A stretch of 64,000 nt of DNA from Phycisphaeraceae bacterium. Its GTDB lineage: Bacteria; Planctomycetota; Phycisphaerae; Phycisphaerales; Zrk34. Position numbers and translations under genes: made by a program. Where the stretch lies: the NCBI GenBank assembly GCA_040905565.1, contig JBBDRF010000081.1:1-64000 (forward strand), written 5' to 3'. The notes below the pieces were generated by a model. That model saw nothing but the letters and a program-made list of their open reading frames with translations. It did not search any database and was not told where the DNA came from. Below, in pieces: positions 31,444 to 46,329 of this stretch; the stretch's first letter is position 1; each line of letters starts with the position of its first letter.

Positions 31444-32508
31444 ATGCTCGCGGCGCGTCTTGTGGAACATAGAGCGACGGCGGCGTCGACACGCGTGCGG
31501 ACGATGGCGGCGGCCATCATCACCGGACCCCGGCGGCTACGACTTGAGATGGTGCCGGTGCCGGGCGTGGCGGCGTCGCAGGTGCGCGTCCGGGTGGCCG
31601 GGTGTGTCGTCTCGCCCTTGGATACGCCGGCGTGGCGCGGGACCCGGGGCTGGCGATATCCGCTGATGCCGGGCGAGCCGGGCGTCGAGGCGTGGGGCGT
31701 GGCCGAGGCGGTGGGGCATGATGTGAAGCACATCGCAGAGGGCGACCGCGTGGCGATGGTGACGCGCCAGGGGTTCGCCGAGCTTGCGGTGAGCGAGGCC
31801 GACCAGGTCGTGCGCATCGAAGCCGGAAGCGAGGGGCGGAGGAGCAAGGGGGAAGTCGTGGCGGCGACGACACTCGGCCGGGCGATGAACGTCTGGCGCC
31901 GCGCGGGCGGTGACGCGGGGCTTGGGAGAGGCGAGCGCGTGGCCGTGCTGGGCATGGGCATGGTCGGGCTGGCCGTTGTGCAACTGGCGGCCGGCGCGGG
32001 GGCGGATGTCGTCGCCGTCTCGAGACGTCAGCAGGGGCTGCGCTGGGCGAAGCAGTGCGGCGCGACGGAAGCGATCCAATGCGATCGTCTCGCCGGCACC
32101 GAGGCAACGCTGAGCGAACTCACCCGCGGCCGGGGGTTCACACGCGTCATCGAAGCGAGCGGCGCAGGAGGCCTGACACGGCTGGCCGGGCGCATCGTCA
32201 GCCGAGGCGGGCGGCTCGTCCTCGCAGGGGGCAGCGCCGGAGCAGCCGAGCAGGAACGCGACGGCACGGCCGAAGTCTGGCAACGCGCCGATGTCGAACT
32301 CGTCAGCGGCCGCATCCGCGATCCACGCTCCGCCATCCGCGGCATGCACGAAGCGCTCCACGCCATCGCCGACGGGCGACTCCGGCCCGACGAACTGCAG
32401 ACTCAACGCTTCACCCTGCCCGGCCTCGGCAAAGCCATGGAAATCGGCGGCGGCGAACGCTGCGGACCCGTCCGCACATGGGTCGCCCCCTGCACGGACG
32501 TCCCTTGA
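31444..32508 (+). CDS. Divergent MDR (zinc-type) dehydrogenase
   Basis: VRVRVAGC, PGEPGVEAWG (cf. GHE), GDRV, Rossmann GMGMVG, VIEASG; GA-rich RBS before ATG 31444. Confidence 0.7.
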   Translation: MLAARLVEHRATAASTRVRTMAAAIITGPRRLRLEMVPVPGVAASQVRVRVAGCVVSPLDTPAWRGTRGWRYPLMPGEPGVEAWGVAEAVGHDVKHIAEGDRVAMVTRQGFAELAVSEADQVVRIEAGSEGRRSKGEVVAATTLGRAMNVWRRAGGDAGLGRGERVAVLGMGMVGLAVVQLAAGAGADVVAVSRRQQGLRWAKQCGATEAIQCDRLAGTEATLSELTRGRGFTRVIEASGAGGLTRLAGRIVSRGGRLVLAGGSAGAAEQERDGTAEVWQRADVELVSGRIRDPRSAIRGMHEALHAIADGRLRPDELQTQRFTLPGLGKAMEIGGGERCGPVRTWVAPCTDVP

Positions 32509-32576
32509 GGCAACGCACGCATCGGTTGTGATCGGAGAGCCGGAGCTGGCTTGTACGTAGTCGGAGGCAGTTTTAA

Positions 32577-33758
32577 TTGCGAAGGATTAACTTGAGACTT
32601 TTGTTGACCACGGACACACGCGGCGGCGGCTGGACGCACACGCTCGAGCTGGCGCGCGGCTTGAGCAGAATGGATGTCGACGTCACCGTCGCCGCCCTCG
32701 GCAAACGCTTGCCTCCACCCAGTCGGGCGGCACTTGCAGCGACGGGGGCAAATATCTACGAAGCGCCCTTCGGCTTGGATTGGATGCTGGCGCCCTGGGC
32801 GGAACTGGCCGATGCGAACCGCTGGCTGCTTCGCATCTATGAACGCGTCGAGCCGGACGTCGTCCAGCTCAACGGCACCTCGCACGCGGCGATGCGGCTG
32901 CCGGGGCCGTTGGTCGCCGTCGGTCACGGCTGTGCGCGCACGTGGTGGTGGTCGGTGATGGCCGGCCCGCCGCCGGTGGAATGGCGTCGTGGCGAAGAGA
33001 TTCTCGCCGCCGGCCTCCGCCGCGCCGATGCCGTCGTCTGCGCCAGCGAAGCGATGTCCGCCATGATGAGAAGATGCTACGGACCGCTGCGGCGTATGCA
33101 GGTGATCCGCCCCGGTCGCTGCGGCCGTCGCCTGAAGCCCGGCATCAAATCCACCAGCGTGCTGAGCACCGGGCAGTTGTGGGATGAGGGCAACAACCTG
33201 CAGGCATTGGATGACGCAGCCGGCCACATCCGCTGGCCTGTCCGCGTGGCCGGTGAACGGCGCGACCTCGACGGCAGCACCTGGCGCATGCGATCGGTCG
33301 TGACGCTGGGCGAACTGGACGAAGCGGAAATGGCGGCGCAGATGAGGCGTGCAGCCATCTTTGCGTTGCCTTCACGTTATGCGCCGGTCGGCATGGCGAC
33401 GCTCGAAGCGGCGCTCTCCGGCTGCGCCTTGGTGCTAGGCGATATCCCGGCATTGCGGGAGACGTGGGGCGAAGCGGCGGTGTACGTCCCCGCGGATGAT
33501 TCGGCCGCACTCGCCGAAGCCGTGAACGAACTCATCGAAGACGACGGCGCGCGGCGACGGCTCTCCGCGGCAGCGCGGCAGCGTGGGCTGGCCATGACCC
33601 CCCAACAGACGGTGCGCGGGTTTATGCGGCTGTACGAGCAGCTACGCCGCGAGTCCGCCACGCAATGCCGCTACGGTCAGCAGGATCGGTCAGCCATGGC
33701 GTTGGAAGGGCTCATGCTTCGTCCGCGCTGGGCAGAGGGTGTGACATCGCTGGAGTAA
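32577..33758 (+). CDS. Divergent family 4 glycosyltransferase
   Basis: TTDTRGGGWT..LEL, GQLWDEGN, AAIFALPSRYAPVGMATLEAALSGCALVLGDIP. Confidence 0.8.
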   Translation: MRRINLRLLLTTDTRGGGWTHTLELARGLSRMDVDVTVAALGKRLPPPSRAALAATGANIYEAPFGLDWMLAPWAELADANRWLLRIYERVEPDVVQLNGTSHAAMRLPGPLVAVGHGCARTWWWSVMAGPPPVEWRRGEEILAAGLRRADAVVCASEAMSAMMRRCYGPLRRMQVIRPGRCGRRLKPGIKSTSVLSTGQLWDEGNNLQALDDAAGHIRWPVRVAGERRDLDGSTWRMRSVVTLGELDEAEMAAQMRRAAIFALPSRYAPVGMATLEAALSGCALVLGDIPALRETWGEAAVYVPADDSAALAEAVNELIEDDGARRRLSAAARQRGLAMTPQQTVRGFMRLYEQLRRESATQCRYGQQDRSAMALEGLMLRPRWAEGVTSLE

Positions 33759-33763
33759 CTCCG

Positions 33764-39105
<5,342 letters not shown>

Positions 39106-39173
39106 TTAGCGAGAAGGGGAACCCCAGCCAGCGCGCAGCGGAAGTCGATCCACAGAGCAACAGACCTTCGCTG

Positions 39174-39235
39174 CACATAGCCCCGGCCTCGGCCGGGGTA
39201 ATCCCGGAGACCCCGGCCAAGGCCGGGGCTATGTG
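39174..39235. repeat. Nested palindrome / REP doublet (CACATAGCCCCGGCCTCGGCCGGGG ... CCCCGGCCAAGGCCGGGGCTATGTG)
   Basis: Two inverted hairpins in the divergent ligA-gpx intergenic region. Confidence 0.8.
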
Positions 39236-39274
39236 TCACGAACACGCGTCAGTAAGCGGTTGTGCGTCATCCAA

Positions 39275-39298
39275 GAGCCGGGTTGTCCCCAACCCGGT
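39275..39298. repeat. REP-like palindrome family A, copy 2
   Basis: GAGCCGGGTTGTCCCCAACCCGGT, identical to 46200-46223. Confidence 0.85.
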
Positions 39299-39395
39299 CG
39301 TCCCCGAATTTTCAGCGCGCCTCGCCCAGACGGTTCAACATGAATACGATATACGGCCGAGTGTTTCACTGACCGCCCTCACAGGAGCTACTTCC

Positions 39396-40112
39396 ATGCG
39401 TCTTGCCATTGCCTCGCTTTTGCTGCTCACGCTCGCTTTCACTGCTTCGACGGTCACGTTCGGCGAAGCCGCTGACGAGAAGACGCCCATGCCCGACGGC
39501 GCCTGCTGTGCGCTACCCGCCCACCCGCTCGCTGCGGCCGCACCTAAGAGCGCGTGCGAAGATGGAACTTGCGAGACTGAGGACTGCGCTGCATGCGAGG
39601 CTGACGAGGAAGAGGCCGACGTCCCCCCCGCGCTCAACCACGTGATGAAAGACATCAACGGCGAAGACGTGAACCTCGCGAAGTACCAGGGCAAGGTCGT
39701 GCTCATGGTCAACGTCGCCAGCAAGTGCGGCTACACTCCGCAGTACGCCGGCCTTCAGAAGCTGCACGAAACCTACGCCAAGCAGGGGCTGCAAGTGCTG
39801 GGGTTCCCGTGCAATCAATTTGGCGGGCAGGAGCCGGGCACGAATGAGGACATCGCCGCGTTCTGCGAGGAGAACTTCGGCGTCACCTTCCCGCTGCTCG
39901 ACAAAATCAACGTCAACGGCGACAACGCCGCCCCCCTCTACAGCTACCTCACCTCGAAGAAGGTCGAGATCGAAGACCAGGGCGAAGTGAAGTGGAATTT
40001 TGAGAAGTTCCTGCTCGACCGCGAGGGCAACGTGATCGCCCGCTTCCGCTCCGCCGATGAGCCCGACGGCGAAAAGATGCTCAACGCCATCAAGCAGGCG
40101 CTGGAAGGCTGA
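39396..40112 (+). CDS. Exported Cys-type glutathione peroxidase family protein
   Basis: Signal peptide; VNVASKCGYTPQY, GFPCNQFGGQEPG, WNFEKFL; AGGAG before ATG 39396. Confidence 0.93.
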   Translation: MRLAIASLLLLTLAFTASTVTFGEAADEKTPMPDGACCALPAHPLAAAAPKSACEDGTCETEDCAACEADEEEADVPPALNHVMKDINGEDVNLAKYQGKVVLMVNVASKCGYTPQYAGLQKLHETYAKQGLQVLGFPCNQFGGQEPGTNEDIAAFCEENFGVTFPLLDKINVNGDNAAPLYSYLTSKKVEIEDQGEVKWNFEKFLLDREGNVIARFRSADEPDGEKMLNAIKQALEG

Positions 40113-40119
40113 TCACCCA

Positions 40120-40353
40120 ATGGCTCTGCAGTGCAATATCAATCAGCGTGGTCGTCGCGCGCGGTTCAACTGGGGCTTGCTGATGCTCGCTGTCGCGGCG
40201 GCGTTTGCTGTGGCAGCGGCCGCGGGCTGGTGGGCGAGCCCCTGGGCGTGGGCCGCGGCGGCGATCTGCCTCGCGTTCGCATTGTTCGGCTTCTTCGAAG
40301 CGCGCAAGGGCTGGTGCGTGGTGCGGGCGATGGGGATCAAGACGCCGATTTAA
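40120..40353 (+). CDS. Small membrane protein (DUF2892/YgaP-like)
   Basis: CNI...R.R, two TM segments, GWC...AMGIKT. Confidence 0.7.
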   Translation: MALQCNINQRGRRARFNWGLLMLAVAAAFAVAAAAGWWASPWAWAAAAICLAFALFGFFEARKGWCVVRAMGIKTPI

Positions 40354-40375
40354 GAATCCGCTTCGGAAGTGATGC

Positions 40376-40555
40376 ATGAACCAAAGGCAGACGGGCTTGG
40401 TGCTGATGTTCGGCGGCGCGATCTTCGCGATCGTCACCCACTTCACCATCGCCGAGACATCGCTGAGCCTATCGCTGCAGGTCGTCGGGCTGATCGTCAC
40501 GATGATCGGCGCGATGAACTTCCGCGCAGGCCGGGGGCATCATACCCGCCGCTGA
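40376..40555 (+). CDS. 59-aa two-TM membrane protein (not in ORF track)
   Basis: MNQRQTGLVLMFGGAIFAIVTHFTIAETSLSLSLQVVGLIVTMIGAMNFRAGRGHHTRR; GC-rich third positions. Confidence 0.65.
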   Translation: MNQRQTGLVLMFGGAIFAIVTHFTIAETSLSLSLQVVGLIVTMIGAMNFRAGRGHHTRR

Positions 40556-40662
40556 TTTTTCATGATTTACCGCCAATTGCCTTGCTCCCAAAGACGCCCG
40601 CGCCTCCCCTGCGTAGCATGAGTTGGCGCGCTTCGGCGTGCCCTCAAAAGGGAGGGGAGACG

Positions 40663-41016
40663 ATGGCTGACACAACCGTAACGAAAATCGATTCGCACCA
40701 TTCGCCGCTCGGCCCAATGGGCCAGAAGTACCTGGCGACCGGCGTCCACATGAGCATGCGCCTTTGGGAGAACGAACAACCCACCGACGCCAAGCCCGGC
40801 CACGCCCGTGACTATGAAACCCTCGGGTACGTGATCAAAGGCAAGGCGGAACTTCATGTGGAGGGGCAGATGGTGCAGCTCACCGCAGGCGATTCGTGGG
40901 TCGTGCCCAAGGGGGCGCATCATACGTACAAGATCATCGAACCGTTCACCGCGGTCGAGGCTACCTGCCCGCCGTCGCTCGTTCATGCACGTGACGAGCA
41001 CGATCGCAAAGAATGA
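40663..41016 (+). CDS. Cupin domain protein
   Basis: H.RDYETLGYVIKG, GDSWVVPKGAHHTY; strong RBS GGAGGGGAG before ATG 40663. Confidence 0.9.
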   Translation: MADTTVTKIDSHHSPLGPMGQKYLATGVHMSMRLWENEQPTDAKPGHARDYETLGYVIKGKAELHVEGQMVQLTAGDSWVVPKGAHHTYKIIEPFTAVEATCPPSLVHARDEHDRKE

Positions 41017-41093
41017 CGCGGCGTTTCACCGCACCGCTTACCTGACAATCGAAGAAGATTAGCCGCCGACCTGGGGTCGGGGGAGGCTTGATC

Positions 41094-41726
41094 ATGATTC
41101 AGCCGGACACGATCCGCATCATCGGCAAGGACGGTCTGCGCGGGCACGCGCCGCGCGGGCCCTGGCTCGAAACGCTTCAAGGGGACGTCCCGGTCACGCT
41201 TGACGACGGTCGGCAACTCACCGTCGCAGCGGACGCTTTGGAGACGCTGGAGGATGGGTCGCTGGCGATGCCCATCGGCCCCGCCGACATCGAAGCGCAT
41301 CACGGCACGACCGGCGCCGACGAGCAGGTCATTCCACTGGCCGAGGAGCAACTGCGAATCAGCAGGAAAGCCGTGCCCACCGGCAAGGTCATCGTGGAGA
41401 AGACCGTGCATGAGTGGGAAGAGGTCGTCGACGAGCCGACCCTACATGAGGACGTGGAGGTGAAGCGGTTCCCGATCGGCGAGTATGTCGAAGAGACTTT
41501 ACCAATTCGGCAGGAGGGCGACACCACCATCGTGCCCCTCTACGAAGAGGTCGTGGTGGTGAAGAAAAGACTGCGACTGAAGGAGGAGGTGCACATCACC
41601 AGACGGCAACGTCGCGAACACCGTGAGCCGCAGCGCGTGGTGCTTCGTCGTGAGGAAGCTTCAATCCATCGAGAGAATGAGGAAAACACCGACGAAGGAT
41701 CAACCGGGCCTGGGCCTAGCATCTGA
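41094..41726 (+). CDS. YsnF/AvaK (DUF2382) domain protein
   Basis: IPLAEEQLRISRK..TGKV, VPLYEEVVVVKKRLRLKEEV. Confidence 0.85.
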   Translation: MIQPDTIRIIGKDGLRGHAPRGPWLETLQGDVPVTLDDGRQLTVAADALETLEDGSLAMPIGPADIEAHHGTTGADEQVIPLAEEQLRISRKAVPTGKVIVEKTVHEWEEVVDEPTLHEDVEVKRFPIGEYVEETLPIRQEGDTTIVPLYEEVVVVKKRLRLKEEVHITRRQRREHREPQRVVLRREEASIHRENEENTDEGSTGPGPSI

Positions 41727-41863
41727 TTAGAGACGGCGTTTCCGATTCGTGTTTAACTCGACACAGCGCGAGGGGGCGAAACAGCGGATCGAGCAACAGC
41801 CTCAGTCCGCCCCGCTGAGTGGCGGGTGCGACAGATGGACCCTGACGCGAAGGAGAAAGAGCG

Positions 41864-42919
41864 ATGATTTTACCGGATACAACACGCGTCGCCGCCCTGT
41901 TCGACAGGCGCGAAGACGCGGACGCAGCAAGGCAGGAACTGATCGACAACGGCTTCAACGCCGAGGAAATTCGCCTCGTCGACCGAAGCGAAAATATTCA
42001 GGGCCGCGAGGAGCAAGGCGGCTTCTGGCACAACCTGCGCGAGATGTTCGGCAAGCAGGATGCCGACACGTACGCCGAGGCGGCACGCCACAGTTCGAGC
42101 GTTCTCTCCGTCGACGCCCGCGGTGAGGATCGCGCCAACGAAGCAGCGGACATCCTTGATCGTCATCACCCGGTCGATCTTGATGAGCGCGTCGCCGAAC
42201 AGCGTCGCCAAGGTGCCGGCACCCAGGCGGGCTCGACCGGTTCGACGCAGGCGGGTTCGGCAGAGGGCGCGTCATTCGCCAGTAGCGAAACACCGCCACA
42301 GTCACAGCAGCCCCAGGCCGGCCGCAAAGAAGGCGAGGAACGGATTCCGATCGTCGAAGAGCACCTGGACGTCGGCAAGCGTCGCCATCGGGCGGGCGGG
42401 GTGCGCATCTATAGCCGGGTTGAGGAGCAGCCGGTTGAAGAGGATGTGACCCTGCGCGAGGAGCGGATCAAGGTCGACCGTGAGAAGGCCGACCGTCCCG
42501 CGGATGCCGATGCGTTCGAAGAGCGGACGATCGAAGCAAGCGAAACGCGCGAGGAGCCTGTCGTCGAGAAGGAAGCTCGCGTCGTGGAAGATGTCGTCCT
42601 CCGCAAGGAGCAGGAAGAGCACACCGAAACGGTGCACGACACCGTGCGGAAGACCGATGTCGACATCGAGCAACTCGATCAGGACTATCGGCAGAATTTC
42701 GAAAGCAGCTATGCCGACACCGGCGAGACCTACGACCAGTACAGCCCAGCATACGAGTACGGTCGGCAACTGGCGGTGGATCCGCACTACGGCAACCGCG
42801 ATTGGGAGTCGGTCGAGCCCGAAGCGCGGGAACGCTTCGAGCAAGACAATCCCGGCACTTGGGACAAGTTCCGCGATTCAGTCCGCTACGGCTATGAGCG
42901 GGCGCTCGGGCGCCGTTGA
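41864..42919 (+). CDS. YsnF/AvaK (DUF2382) domain stress protein
   Basis: N-terminal ALFD..DA..A..EL stress domain; IPIVEEHLDVGKR, GGVRIYSRV, VVEKEARVVEDV, DTVRKTDVDIE. Confidence 0.88.
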   Translation: MILPDTTRVAALFDRREDADAARQELIDNGFNAEEIRLVDRSENIQGREEQGGFWHNLREMFGKQDADTYAEAARHSSSVLSVDARGEDRANEAADILDRHHPVDLDERVAEQRRQGAGTQAGSTGSTQAGSAEGASFASSETPPQSQQPQAGRKEGEERIPIVEEHLDVGKRRHRAGGVRIYSRVEEQPVEEDVTLREERIKVDREKADRPADADAFEERTIEASETREEPVVEKEARVVEDVVLRKEQEEHTETVHDTVRKTDVDIEQLDQDYRQNFESSYADTGETYDQYSPAYEYGRQLAVDPHYGNRDWESVEPEARERFEQDNPGTWDKFRDSVRYGYERALGRR

Positions 42920-43141
42920 ACGCCGGGCCATGCTACCGAACGGCTCACGGGCCCGTGTCGATGGGGACGCGGGCCCTTTTACTTACTTCTCAACGGATAG
43001 GGCTCGCACCGACGCCATGCAGGGCGGCGCTCCGATGCCCACCGCAGCGCCGCACTGAAGACCATGACGCACCGCAAGGCGTATCAAATAGAGGCAAGGC
43101 GATGAGCGCCGATGCCGGGCGAAACATCAAAGGAGGCTCCC

Positions 43142-43369
43142 ATGGCCAGCGAAGGCGGCAAAGAAAAGAAAGCGGAAGGCAAGTTCGAACAGATCAAAGG
43201 CAAGGCCAAGGACGCGTGGGGGTCCGTCACAGGCGACACCTCCAAGCAGGCCGAGGGCAAGGCCCAGAAGGGGACCGGCAAGACCGAAGAGAAAGCAGGC
43301 GACACGCAGGAACGCCTTGAGCAGAAGGCACGCGAAGTACAGGATCGCATCTCACAGAAGAACAAATGA
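43142..43369 (+). CDS. csbD: CsbD family stress protein
   Basis: EGKFEQIKGKAKDAWGSVTGD...EGK; AAGGAGG RBS. Confidence 0.9.
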   Translation: MASEGGKEKKAEGKFEQIKGKAKDAWGSVTGDTSKQAEGKAQKGTGKTEEKAGDTQERLEQKAREVQDRISQKNK

Positions 43370-43531
43370 CGCGATTCCCACATGCCCGCCCGCAGCGTAC
43401 GCCGCCGCGGCGGGTTTGACATAGATCCCGGGTCGAGCGACACCCTCGCTCGGCCCGGCTTTCGTATCCGCTCACCCCCCTCAACGCCGCAACGCTTGCC
43501 TCGGGCGCGGCGATCGGATACCACCTGTGGC

Positions 43532-44794
43532 ATGATGACGACGGTTGGATTGTCTTACCTCACCGAGGACGAACCGGGCATCGGCGGCACGATCAAGCAG
43601 CGGCCGGAGGATTTCGTCGTCGACGAACTGCCGCTCTACGAGCCCATCGGTCGCGGCGACCACCTCTACCTGTTTGTCGAAAAGCGCCGCCGGCTGACCA
43701 CTGACGTGGTTCGGCTGTTCGCTGAACACTTCGACGTGCCTTGGGAATCGATCGGCTATGCCGGGCTGAAGGACAAGCACGCGATCACGAGGCAGTGGTT
43801 CAGCGTCGAGCATGTCACCGAGGAAAAGGCCCACGAATTTCAGAACGATCACATCCAGATTCTGGACTCCGTTCGCCACACCAACAAGCTCAAACGCGGA
43901 CACCTGAAGGGCAACCGGTTCCGTATCTACATTCGTGACGTCGACGCCATTGCCGCCGTGCGCGCGACGCGGATCATCAATCGCCTGGCGAAGGTCGGCA
44001 CGCCGAATTTCATCGGCGAGCAACGCTTCGGGTACCGCCACAACAACCATCTCGTCGGCAAGCACCTGCTGCTGAACGATCTGCCCGGCTTCCTCGACGA
44101 ACTGCTCGGCAAGCCGATCGAAGGCGAAGCGGCCATCAATCAGCAGGCTCGGCAGGCCTACGAAGCAGGCGACTACGCGAAGGCTTTGGAGCTCTGGCCC
44201 ACGGTGCACCGCTTCGAACGGCAGGCGCTGGGGCCGCTGAGCCGGGGGGCCACGCCGAAGAAGGCGGTGCGGAGCATCGACAAGCCTCACCGCAATTTCA
44301 TGGTGTCCGCGTTTCAGTCGGCGATCTTCAATCAGCTGCTCAACGATCGGCTGCGGGCGAATCTGCTGGATCAACTGGTGGTGGGCGATATCGCCATCAA
44401 GCACGACACGAGCGGCCGGTTCGAGGTGCTTGATGCGGCCGTCGAGCAGCCGCGCTGCGATCGTTTTGAGATCTCGCCGACGGGCCCGATGTGGGGCAAG
44501 GAGATGATGCGGGCAGGCGGGCAGGTGGGGCAGTGGGAGGCCGAGGCACTTGCCGTTTCGCACGTCACGGAAGAAGATCTCGCAAGTTCGCCCTACGGTC
44601 CCACCGGCGCCCGGCGTGCGTTTCGCATGCCGATTCATGAGCCTCAGGTTTCCGGCGGGGCCGACGAACACGGTCCCTACGTCTTCCTCGCGTTTGAATT
44701 GCCACGTGGCAGCTTCGCCACGGTCGTGCTGCGTGAGCTGATGAAATCCGCCACGCCTGAAGATGCGTCGCCTGAATCGGATTTAACCGGCTAA
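43532..44794 (+). CDS. truD: tRNA pseudouridine(13) synthase
   Basis: IKQRPEDFVVDE, GYAGLKDKHAITRQ, GHLKGNRF, PNFIGEQRFG, FELPRGSFATVVLRE. Confidence 0.96.
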   Translation: MMTTVGLSYLTEDEPGIGGTIKQRPEDFVVDELPLYEPIGRGDHLYLFVEKRRRLTTDVVRLFAEHFDVPWESIGYAGLKDKHAITRQWFSVEHVTEEKAHEFQNDHIQILDSVRHTNKLKRGHLKGNRFRIYIRDVDAIAAVRATRIINRLAKVGTPNFIGEQRFGYRHNNHLVGKHLLLNDLPGFLDELLGKPIEGEAAINQQARQAYEAGDYAKALELWPTVHRFERQALGPLSRGATPKKAVRSIDKPHRNFMVSAFQSAIFNQLLNDRLRANLLDQLVVGDIAIKHDTSGRFEVLDAAVEQPRCDRFEISPTGPMWGKEMMRAGGQVGQWEAEALAVSHVTEEDLASSPYGPTGARRAFRMPIHEPQVSGGADEHGPYVFLAFELPRGSFATVVLRELMKSATPEDASPESDLTG

Positions 44795-44857
44795 GATATA
44801 GCACGACGCCCCGACCACGTCCGGGCCCCCCCACTGCTGACATTGGAGACGAACACG

Positions 44858-46168
44858 ATGCACGTGACCCGCTCATGCTTCCTCGGCCGCTCGCTGTTTC
44901 TTACGCTGTCGCTCGTCGCCGGCTTCGCCGTCACCGCCGTGACACCCGCGATCGCCGCCGATGGCTGGCCTCAGTTCCGCGGACCTTCGCAGGTTGGCTA
45001 CGTCGATGAGGCGAACCCACCGCTCACCTGGAGCGAGCAAGAGAACGTCACCTGGAAAACGCCGATCTCAGGCCTCGGCTGGTCCACGCCCATCATTCAG
45101 GATCAGCAGATCTGGCTGACCACCGCCACGCCCGACGGCAAGGAGATGTTCGTCTACTGCCTCGATGCCGACAACGGCGAAGTGCTCTTCCGCGAACGGC
45201 TTTTCTACAACGAAGAGCCCGAACCGCTGGGCAACGCCGTCAACGGCTACGCCTCGCCGTCCGGGGCCATCGAGCCAGGCCGCTTCTACGCCCACTTCGG
45301 GAGCTACGGCACCGCAGCGATCAACACCGAAACGTTCGAAGTGCTCTGGAAACACACGGAGCTCGAATGTCGCCACTTCCGTGGGCCCGGCTCCTCCGTC
45401 GTCCTCGTTGACGACAAACTCATCCTCACGATGGACGGCATCGACGTGCAGTACCTCGCGGCGCTCGATACCGCCACGGGTGAAATCGCCTGGCGAACCG
45501 ACCGCTCCACCGAGTGGGATGACTACGACGGCGATGGCAACGTCATCGCCGACGGCGACTTCCGCAAGGGCTACGGCACGCCGATCGTTTACGAAGTCGA
45601 AGGCCAGACGCAGCTGCTGAGCGTCGGGTCCATGGCAGCGTTCGCTTACGATCCGCAAACCGGCGAAGAAATCTGGACCGTGACGTTCGACGGCTACAAC
45701 GCCGCCTCCAGCCCCGTCATCGCCAACGGCCTGGTCATGATCAACACCAGTACGCCCCGCTCGATCCTGATGGCCATCGATCCCGCAGGCACCGGCGACA
45801 TCACCGCCACCAACGTCGTCTGGGAATATTCACGGGGCGTGCCGACCAAACCCACCCCGGTGGTCGTCGACGATGAGCTGATCATCTTCGTGAACGACGG
45901 CGGCATCGCCACCTGCCTCGATGCTGTGACCGGCGAAGAGATCTGGAAGGAACGGCTGGAGGGCAGCTACTCCGCCTCCCCCGTCGCCGCGGGTGGCAAG
46001 GTCTACTTCCTCGGCGAACGGGGCGAAGCCCCCGTCCTCGCCGCCAGCCGTGAGTTCGAACGCCTCGCCGAAAACTCACTCCCCGACGGATTCATGGCCT
46101 CCCCCGCCATCGTCGGCGACACCCTCTACCTCCGCACCCGCTCCCACCTCTACCGCATCGACGACTGA
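44858..46168 (+). CDS. Exported PQQ-binding-like beta-propeller protein
   Basis: Signal peptide, WPQFRGP, G.STP repeats, TGEEIW, ASPA..GD.LYLRT. Confidence 0.88.
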   Translation: MHVTRSCFLGRSLFLTLSLVAGFAVTAVTPAIAADGWPQFRGPSQVGYVDEANPPLTWSEQENVTWKTPISGLGWSTPIIQDQQIWLTTATPDGKEMFVYCLDADNGEVLFRERLFYNEEPEPLGNAVNGYASPSGAIEPGRFYAHFGSYGTAAINTETFEVLWKHTELECRHFRGPGSSVVLVDDKLILTMDGIDVQYLAALDTATGEIAWRTDRSTEWDDYDGDGNVIADGDFRKGYGTPIVYEVEGQTQLLSVGSMAAFAYDPQTGEEIWTVTFDGYNAASSPVIANGLVMINTSTPRSILMAIDPAGTGDITATNVVWEYSRGVPTKPTPVVVDDELIIFVNDGGIATCLDAVTGEEIWKERLEGSYSASPVAAGGKVYFLGERGEAPVLAASREFERLAENSLPDGFMASPAIVGDTLYLRTRSHLYRIDD

Positions 46169-46199
46169 CGCGACCCGTAACGTCACACAACTTGTCCAG

Positions 46200-46223
46200 G
46201 AGCCGGGTTGTCCCCAACCCGGT
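46200..46223. repeat. REP-like palindrome family A, copy 3
   Basis: GAGCCGGGTTGTCCCCAACCCGGT. Confidence 0.85.
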
Positions 46224-46329
46224 TGTGCCCATACATCGCCGACGACACCGCCCGCCAGACGTTGACCGTAAGGGGGCTCGCTACTAATCTGGTCGGAATC
46301 TCCGCTTCCATTTTGACAGGAACATCGGC

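Noticed and set aside
39700..39760. Selenocysteine in the glutathione peroxidase
   Set aside because: The active-site codon is TGC (Cys); there is no in-frame TGA.
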